A stretch of 64,000 bases of DNA from Candidatus Latescibacterota bacterium (lineage in GTDB: Bacteria > Latescibacterota > UBA2968 > UBA8231). Position 1 is the stretch's first letter. The number at the start of each line of letters is the position of its first letter. Positions 57,805-64,000 of the stretch are shown one piece after another. A program made the translations under genes and the position numbers. The notes under the pieces were generated by a model, which worked only from the letters and a program-made list of their open reading frames with translations, did not search any database and was not told where the DNA came from. Location: positions 1,824,001-1,888,000 of the forward strand of contig OZ241889.1 of NCBI GenBank assembly GCA_965203355.1. The letters are read 5' to 3'.

Positions 57805-57958
57805 AGGTTCATTTGCAAACCGACCCGCAATTATAGGAGAACGCCGCCCGTTCCCATGACCGCAGGGCAGAAGTTTTTCTTGCCTTCTGTGCTGTCTGAG
57901 GCGGAAATCGCAAGGGTACGATGGTGTTAAAAAGGGCTACCTCAACCACGAAAGCCGC

Positions 57959-57990
57959 CCACGTGCCGCTTGCCGCTTCGCGGCACGTGG
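57959..57990. promoter_or_regulatory. GC-rich inverted repeat upstream of the aquaporin gene
   Basis: CCACGTGCCGC-10 nt-GCGGCACGTGG. Confidence 0.45.
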
Positions 57991-58079
57991 CAAATAGGTG
58001 GCGATAATCGTTCCGTTTGACGCGCCGTGATTTTGCTTTTGCGGGTCCTGCTCTTGCTGCCGAGCCAAATTGGAGAACT

Positions 58080-58793
58080 GTGAACCTACTGCGAAAATGC
58101 GCGGCTGAATTCATCGGCGCGTTTGCCATTGTCTTTGCCGGCTGCGGGGCCGTGGCCATTGACCAGATTTCCGGCGGGGCCGTGAGCCATGTGGGGGTTG
58201 CCGCCACGTTTGGGCTGGTCATTATGGCGATGATCTACGCTACCGGCCACATTTCCGGGGCGCATTTCAATCCGGCCGTGACCCTTGCGTTCGCCTTGAC
58301 GCGGCATTTCCCTAAAAGGGAGATCGCGCCCTATGTCGTGGCCCAGTGCGCCGGGGCTGTGGTGGCCAGCTATGTGCATGTGACGAGTTTGTCGTCGGTT
58401 TTGGTCGCCACGCAATCTGGACGGGTGCTGAACTTGGGGGCCACTCTGCCGGTGGACGGTCGGTTCACCACGGCCTTCGTGTGGGAGTTCATGCTGACCT
58501 TTTTGTTGATGCTGGTCATTATGAGCATGGCGACCGATTTTCGCGCTGTGGGGCCAGCGGCCGGTCTAGCTATTGGCGGCACTGTGGGGCTGGAGGCCAT
58601 GTTCGCCGGACCGTTGTGCGGGGCCTCAATGAATCCTGCCCGCAGCTTAGGTCCAGCCCTGATGGCCGGCGAATGGACGGCTTTTGCTGCATACGTCGTC
58701 GGTCCGGTGCTCGGGGCTGCGGCTGGTGCGCTGTTCTACGAATTCATTCGCTGTCAGGCGTCTTCCGACCAAGAGGTGAAGGGCTGTTGCTGA
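58080..58793 (+). CDS. MIP-family channel (aquaporin / aquaglyceroporin)
   Basis: GTG 58080 after GGAG; AEFIG, HISGAHFNPAVT, GASMNPARSLGP; ends EVKGCC. Confidence 0.93.
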   Translation: MNLLRKCAAEFIGAFAIVFAGCGAVAIDQISGGAVSHVGVAATFGLVIMAMIYATGHISGAHFNPAVTLAFALTRHFPKREIAPYVVAQCAGAVVASYVHVTSLSSVLVATQSGRVLNLGATLPVDGRFTTAFVWEFMLTFLLMLVIMSMATDFRAVGPAAGLAIGGTVGLEAMFAGPLCGASMNPARSLGPALMAGEWTAFAAYVVGPVLGAAAGALFYEFIRCQASSDQEVKGCC

Positions 58794-59055
58794 ATCCGCA
58801 GAAAGCCCAAGCGTCCGTCTCGTTGATCGGACCCGGACCAAGCCGTATGTCCCTGCAAAGCCAACGAGCATCCGAATCGAACTTGCCAGTGTCGATCAAC
58901 TCGCCGAGTTCAAGGGACGCCCCGGGGTTGATAAACCGGGCCGCTTGCTGTTGAAAGCCGCGCAGCAGACTGGATGGCTGCGTGGAATCAATGCTGGCCC
59001 TACGCTTAAATGCGTGGATTCGGAAAACCGCTCCTCGTCGGTTGGCTCCGGGGCC

Positions 59056-60042
59056 TTACCGAGGTAACGGCAGCGCGATTTTTGCGTTGTTCTGCTGCTG
59101 CGATTGCAGGCAGGCGATCATCATTTCCACAACAGTCAGACCGTCTCGGCCGGTACACGACAGCTCGCTTTGGCCGTCGAGTGCCCGCACGAGTTCGCGT
59201 ACGCCCGCTTCGATTCCTTCGACCTCCCACGGACGCGGTTTAACCAACTCCCGCTCTCCGTCCCGCTCAATGTAGGCATCGCCTTCCCGCTCGATGAAAA
59301 TGCTCCCCGCGGTGCCCGACACGGTGAAGTCGAGTCGGTTGGGGGTCTGTTTTTCACCGAGGTAAATTCCACGTACGCCGTTGGCAAAGTGGATGTAGGC
59401 GTTGGCACTCGGCTCGGTGGCCGGGTCGTGTCCGCCGTCGCCGCGATACTCGCTGTAATCTGCGTAGCCATCCTCCAACTCGGCGACGAGCCACGCTGGG
59501 GTGCTGCCGGCGAACCACATGATGGCGTCGAGCAGGTGGGTGCCGTTGCGAAACAGCATCGACCGCGTACCGTAGTGTTCGCACAAGACTGCTCTCACGG
59601 CGCCAATCTCGCCTGCGGCCACCAGTTCTTGGCAGCGATGCCAGACGGGAAACCAGTGCCGGGTGTGGTCAACTGATAACAAGGCGTTGTGGTTTTCTGC
59701 GGCCGCGACCATGCGGTCGGCGTCCTCCACGCTGGTGGCGAGCGGCTTTTCGCAGAAAATCCCCTTGGCGCCGGCTTCGGCCGCAGCTACGACTAAATCG
59801 GCGTGCCGATTGTCGCCGGTGGCCACTGTGACGATGTCGAGCCGAGCCTTTTCCAGCATCTCTCGATAGTCGTCGTACATCGCTAGTCCGGGATTGGTCG
59901 CCTTGAACTGCGCGGCAAATTCATCGCGTTGCTCCAGCACGAGGTCGCAACCGGCCACGATCTCGGCGTTTTCTAGGCCCTCGGCCCCTTGGGCATGCCG
60001 ATGGCCAATACCTCTACAGCCGATGACTCCTACTCTGTACAT
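59056..60042 (-). CDS. Gfo/Idh/MocA family oxidoreductase
   Basis: RBS AAAGGAGG; VGVIGCRGIG, IFCEKPLA, NGTHLLD. Confidence 0.92.
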   Translation of the reverse strand: MYRVGVIGCRGIGHRHAQGAEGLENAEIVAGCDLVLEQRDEFAAQFKATNPGLAMYDDYREMLEKARLDIVTVATGDNRHADLVVAAAEAGAKGIFCEKPLATSVEDADRMVAAAENHNALLSVDHTRHWFPVWHRCQELVAAGEIGAVRAVLCEHYGTRSMLFRNGTHLLDAIMWFAGSTPAWLVAELEDGYADYSEYRGDGGHDPATEPSANAYIHFANGVRGIYLGEKQTPNRLDFTVSGTAGSIFIEREGDAYIERDGERELVKPRPWEVEGIEAGVRELVRALDGQSELSCTGRDGLTVVEMMIACLQSQQQNNAKIALPLPR

Positions 60043-60162
60043 GATGCCTCCTTTGAGCAATTTAAGAATTACCCCTTCGCATTGGCGTGGGGATAAGGCC
60101 GTTTGGGCGGCGGATAAAATAGCCCTATATTGGACCGACTTCAAGCAAGAGCAACGGCTCCC

Positions 60163-60939
60163 ATGACCTTAAAAATCACCGATGATGTATTCTTAGATCC
60201 GGCGGGTCACCCGCGCCGGATCCGCGGCGTCACTATCAACAGTGCCTCGCCCCTGCTCGTCTCGCTGGCGGCGCAAGTCGGTTTTGAAGCGGTGTGGATC
60301 GAAAGCGAACACGGCCCGGTCGGCTTTGAACGGGCCGAGACCTTGTGCTTGGCGGCGGAGGCTGGCGGGATTTTCCCGCTCATCCGCTTGCCCGATGGCG
60401 AGCGACACCACGTGCTGCGAGCACTCGAGATCGGTGCGCGGATCATTCTCGTCCCCATGGTAGATGATGCGGCTTACGCCCGTCGCATTGTCGAGGTGGG
60501 CAAGTACCCGCCGTTGGGTCGGCGCGGCTTCAACGTGCGTACGCGCGGCATGGGCTTTGGCTTGGAAGACCTACACGACGCTCTAGCCCGGGCCAATGCG
60601 CGCACCCACCTCTTTGTCCAGATCGAAACCGCGGCGGCCGTGGCGAATGTCGATGAAATAATCGCCGTGGAAGGTCTCTCTGGGATCTTCATGGGGCCGG
60701 GGGATCTGGCGGTCGATATGGGTTGCACCGGACAGATGGGCGATCCCGGTCTGCGCGAGGCCGTGCTCTCGTGTTTAGCCAAAGCAAAGAGCGCCGGCAA
60801 GTTGAGTGGCATCTTCACCTTGCCCGGGCCCCTGCTTACCGCCGCGATGGACGCGGGCTGCGACTTGGTTATCTGCGGCGGGGACGTGATGAACTTGGGC
60901 ACGGCTTGGAGCGAGTTGCTGCGCCAGATACCGGCCTAG
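60163..60939 (+). CDS. HpcH/HpaI aldolase family
   Basis: GFEAVWIESEHG, YPPLGRRG, VQIET, IFMGPGDL. Confidence 0.9.
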   Translation: MTLKITDDVFLDPAGHPRRIRGVTINSASPLLVSLAAQVGFEAVWIESEHGPVGFERAETLCLAAEAGGIFPLIRLPDGERHHVLRALEIGARIILVPMVDDAAYARRIVEVGKYPPLGRRGFNVRTRGMGFGLEDLHDALARANARTHLFVQIETAAAVANVDEIIAVEGLSGIFMGPGDLAVDMGCTGQMGDPGLREAVLSCLAKAKSAGKLSGIFTLPGPLLTAAMDAGCDLVICGGDVMNLGTAWSELLRQIPA

Positions 60940-60956
60940 CGCGGGCGAAAGCGCAG

Positions 60957-61688
60957 TCAATCGGAGCGCACCGGCAAGCCCGCCAACAAGCCGCTCTGGT
61001 GCATGTCGATCCACTCGTCCACAAAGGTCTTGTTCCACTGCGTGGTCAGCGGGTGATCCATCATGTCGCGGTACACCGTCCACATGGTGACTAATTCGTC
61101 GGCCCCGTCGCGGAAGGCGGCGTACGCGGTTTCCACCGAGCGGATGAGGGCGGCCATGATGAAGGGACGCTGACCCCAGCCGCCGAACATCTGGGCGCAC
61201 TCGCGGATCAGCTTGGTCGGGTCGCCGCCCACTTCCTTGATCGGCTCGCAGAACGGCAGGATGTGGTCCACCCCGGCTTGGGCGACGGCCACAGCTTGCG
61301 TCAGCGAAAACACCGTGGTGCAGAAGGTCTCGACGCCTCGGTCTTTGAGGATGCTAAACGCCTTGAGTCCGTTTATGTTGCAGGGGATCTTGAGGATGAT
61401 CTGCTCCGACATGTTGGTAAAAACTTGCCCGACTTCTAGCAATTCTTCAACGCAGTGCCCGTCGATTTCCATCACCACGGGCTTGTCGGTGATCTTGAGA
61501 TATTGCTCTATCAGGCGGATGACCGAGCCGTATGGTTTGGCGTACTGGTTGAGCACCACCGTGTTGGTGACGATCCCGGCGATCCCGAGGGGCATCCACT
61601 CCTTTAGCTCATCGGGCGAGCCAGCCAGCCAGATGGTGGGGCCGCGGCCTTGGGCGCGGGCGGTGGGAACAGGTCCACTTGCTGCCAT
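60957..61688 (-). CDS. Transaldolase / fructose-6-phosphate aldolase family
   Basis: Start re-placed at MAASG (RBS AGGAG); GIVTNT, IILKIP, TTVFSLTQA..VAQAG, MDHPLT. Confidence 0.8.
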   Translation of the reverse strand: MAASGPVPTARAQGRGPTIWLAGSPDELKEWMPLGIAGIVTNTVVLNQYAKPYGSVIRLIEQYLKITDKPVVMEIDGHCVEELLEVGQVFTNMSEQIILKIPCNINGLKAFSILKDRGVETFCTTVFSLTQAVAVAQAGVDHILPFCEPIKEVGGDPTKLIRECAQMFGGWGQRPFIMAALIRSVETAYAAFRDGADELVTMWTVYRDMMDHPLTTQWNKTFVDEWIDMHQSGLLAGLPVRSD

Positions 61689-61784
61689 AACAGGTCTCCT
61701 GTGGTCTTGCAATGGGCGTTGGCAAGTGGGCGAATATAGAAAAAACGCACTGCGAAAGCGAACAGGTAGAAGAGAGGATAATCC

Positions 61785-62942
61785 GTGCAATTCGACTCCA
61801 ATCAGACCAAGGCCGCTCTGCTCGGGGGCGCGACGGTAGAAGTAGTAGAAATCAACCGGATCTTCGACCCGGTTGTAGTCGAGCTGGCGGCGCAAGCAGG
61901 CTTTGGCTGCGTCTGGATCGACATGGAGCATTCCCATCTTGGGCTAGCCGGGCTGTCGCATTTGATTTTGGCGGCGCGGGCTACGGGGGTCGATACGGTG
62001 GTCCGCATTCCCAAGGGGCCGTACAATCAGGTGATTAAGCCGCTGGAATTAGGGGCTGGGGGCTTGGTTTGGCCCCATTGCAAGAGTGCCGACGAAGCGA
62101 GGGCCTTCGTGCAAATGGCCAAGTTCCGGCCGCTGGGTTTACGCGGCTTGGGCTGTGGCCGGGATTCGGCCTATGGGGCGCTGAACTTCGCCGAGTACAT
62201 GGGCCGGGCCGATGCCGAGACCATACTGGGCGTGATGATCGAAGACGCCGAGGGCGTGGAAGAAGTAGAGGCGATTGCCGCGATCGAAGGCATTGACTTG
62301 CTCTTTGTGGGACCAAGCGATTTGGCGCATAGCTACGGCGTCGAGCGCGAGGGCGTCCCACCCCTAGACCACGACCGCGTACTAGCGGCCTTTGACCGCG
62401 TGGGGATGGCTTGTGCTGCCAGCGGCAAGGCTATGGGCACGGCTGTCGGCCCGGGCGAGTCCATGCGCCGCGTGGTCGCCAAAGGCGTGCGCTGGCTCAA
62501 CTGCTGCCACGACATATCAGCCCTCACCAGCGGCTTGCGCCGCGCCCGACAAGCAACCCTTGGGGCGAAGCAACGCACGATTACCCAGCAGTTGTTGGCA
62601 TTGTATCACACGGGAGCGTTGGATCTCGACGATGTATCCGGCACTGCAAAGCGGTACAACTTTAGCCGGAGCATGGTCAAACACTTGGCCAACTTTGTCA
62701 TTCAAAAGGCAAAGTGCGTCGAAGCCTTGCCCGAAATGGCTCGGTTCGTCGAGCGCATGGAGCAAGCCTTGGTGGATGGCCGGCGCGGCTTGGCCTTGAC
62801 CGACGCCTATTACGTCTGCTTGGCGGTGCAAAGCCTGCCCAAAGAGCGTTGGCAAGCCGCACTGCAAGCGGCGTTTGATCGTTGGGAACACGCCGCTTCG
62901 GGTTCCTTTAAGACGTTCTTTGACGAGGTTAAAGCTGAATAG
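61785..62942 (+). CDS. HpcH/HpaI aldolase family with about 125-aa C-terminal extension
   Basis: GFGCVWIDMEHS, FRPLGLRG, MIED, LFVGPSDL; extra tail after the barrel. Confidence 0.85.
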   Translation: MQFDSNQTKAALLGGATVEVVEINRIFDPVVVELAAQAGFGCVWIDMEHSHLGLAGLSHLILAARATGVDTVVRIPKGPYNQVIKPLELGAGGLVWPHCKSADEARAFVQMAKFRPLGLRGLGCGRDSAYGALNFAEYMGRADAETILGVMIEDAEGVEEVEAIAAIEGIDLLFVGPSDLAHSYGVEREGVPPLDHDRVLAAFDRVGMACAASGKAMGTAVGPGESMRRVVAKGVRWLNCCHDISALTSGLRRARQATLGAKQRTITQQLLALYHTGALDLDDVSGTAKRYNFSRSMVKHLANFVIQKAKCVEALPEMARFVERMEQALVDGRRGLALTDAYYVCLAVQSLPKERWQAALQAAFDRWEHAASGSFKTFFDEVKAE

Positions 62943-63009
62943 GCATGGCACCGGTCCCGAGCCGGATCGCGATCCCCAAGAAAGCGGTGCTGATGGCCGC
63001 GCTCAGCGG

Positions 63010-63939
63010 TTAGGGCTTGCTGTGCGCGGCGCGGATTTCGTCGATGGCCTTGCAGTGCCGTAATCCCACGGATTTGGCTGGCGTTTGATAGCCCTTCCAA
63101 GCGTAGGGGTCGATACCGGCCACGGGCACGATGGCCCGCTGGTCGGCGCGGGCGGGTGACTCGCCTTCTTCAATGCGCCAAGGCAACAGGCTCCAGGCGT
63201 TGCAGTAGTGATTGACCAAGACGCGGCGATAGGTGTCGCTGCGGTTTTTGTACGAGCGGTGGAGGAGATAGCCGTTGAAGAACACGAGGCCCCCGGCTTC
63301 CACTGCAACCGGGATTTCAACGCGCTCGTCAAAGCCGTAGCTTTCCGGCGCGAAGTCGAACTCGTCCGGGTTTTCGTGGGGCCGCTGCGGGTAGAGGTAC
63401 CCGGGCTGATGCGACTTGGGAATGATGTACAGGCAGCCGTTTTCCACCGTAGCATCGTCCACGGCGATCCACGCGCCGATCAGCGAGCGATCCCGCGTGG
63501 GGATGTAGATCTCGTCTTGGTGCCAAGCCTGCCCTTGGAAGTTGGGCGGCTTGACGAAGTACATAGACTGCATGCACTTGACGCTGCCGTCCCAAAAGGG
63601 CAGGTGCGCGGCGGTGAGCTGGCTCAGAGCACCGCAGATCTTGGGGTGGCGCACGTACTTTTCGATGACCGGACTGACGTAGTGCGGCTGGTGGATGCAG
63701 AGGATGCGCTCCAGTACCGCTTGATCGCTCATGGCCGGATCGACCGGCTCGATGTTATCGCACTCGTAGCGGCCGCGCGCCACCGCTATGAGGTCGCGTT
63801 TGAGTTCGTCGAGCTCGGCTGCTTCCATCAGGCCCGGCACGACGAGATAGCCGTCGCTGATAAAGGATTGCACTTGGGCGGCGGTGAGCGGCTTGGGAAC
63901 CTCAATCGCCGAGCTAGGTTCCATTTTGATTGCTTCCAT
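63010..63939 (-). CDS. Phytanoyl-CoA dioxygenase (PhyH) family Fe(II)/2-oxoglutarate oxygenase
   Basis: F..DGYLVV, QAWHQDE, AWIAVDDATVENGCL.IIP.SH, LLHRS..N.S...RR; exact start uncertain. Confidence 0.92.
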   Translation of the reverse strand: MEAIKMEPSSAIEVPKPLTAAQVQSFISDGYLVVPGLMEAAELDELKRDLIAVARGRYECDNIEPVDPAMSDQAVLERILCIHQPHYVSPVIEKYVRHPKICGALSQLTAAHLPFWDGSVKCMQSMYFVKPPNFQGQAWHQDEIYIPTRDRSLIGAWIAVDDATVENGCLYIIPKSHQPGYLYPQRPHENPDEFDFAPESYGFDERVEIPVAVEAGGLVFFNGYLLHRSYKNRSDTYRRVLVNHYCNAWSLLPWRIEEGESPARADQRAIVPVAGIDPYAWKGYQTPAKSVGLRHCKAIDEIRAAHSKP

Positions 63940-64000
63940 AATTCTCACTTGCTTTGTTTAGTTGGTTGGCATGTAGCCGATATTTTGATACCCTTACCCC

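Noticed and set aside
57910-57950. CGATGGTGTT resembling the start of a fluoride riboswitch upstream of a channel gene
   Set aside because: The required pairing (CGCC, and the downstream TGAC/pseudoknot) is absent.
58780-59067. About 95-codon open frame without a good start after the aquaporin gene
   Set aside because: No start or RBS and no recognisable motif; a gene remnant cannot be supported.
1-64000. tRNA/rRNA genes, transposases, integrases, phage or defence genes
   Set aside because: No recognisable signatures; the remaining short ORFs overlap better-supported CDSs and are treated as shadows.

Overview
About 44 probable genes from a Gram-negative bacterium, visually around 58-62% GC. 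It is most likely an FCB-group lineage such as Candidatus Latescibacterota. That is an inference from the C-terminal [S/T]WGxxK tails, the CHU_C/FlgD-type C-terminal domains, a PorV-like barrel, CRTAC1/TPR expansions and PhyH/HpcH genes. Layout: (1) 1-2 kb, tail of a small ACP/BtrH-type biosynthetic cluster. (2) 2.1-10 kb, a clearly AT-richer RND efflux module (adaptor plus two permeases). (3) 10-20 kb, sugar-nucleotide and envelope genes (HldE-like kinase, galU, LarA family, PlsC-like, TolB-like, GT39). (4) 20.3-54.9 kb, a large mostly unannotatable cell-surface locus with two CBM9/DOMON-like proteins carrying SWG tails, three large paralogous secreted proteins with CHU_C/FlgD-like CTDs, a 916-aa putative outer-membrane protein, two paralogous lipoproteins, a PPIase, CRTAC1/TPR/GT39 genes, a PorV-like barrel, a 1081-aa TPR protein, ExbB, ExbD and a TonB-like anchor fused to DUF4159. 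(5) 55-64 kb, aroA and catabolic genes. The strongest non-coding signal is at 20299-20595: two inverted, dif-like 11-6-11 sites sharing a perfect 19-bp inverted repeat flank a sigma70-type promoter just upstream of the surface locus. This is the architecture of an invertible (phase-variable) promoter, and no recombinase gene is present in the window. No tRNA, rRNA, CRISPR array, transposase or integrase was recognised. All protein calls come from motif recognition only; no searches were run.
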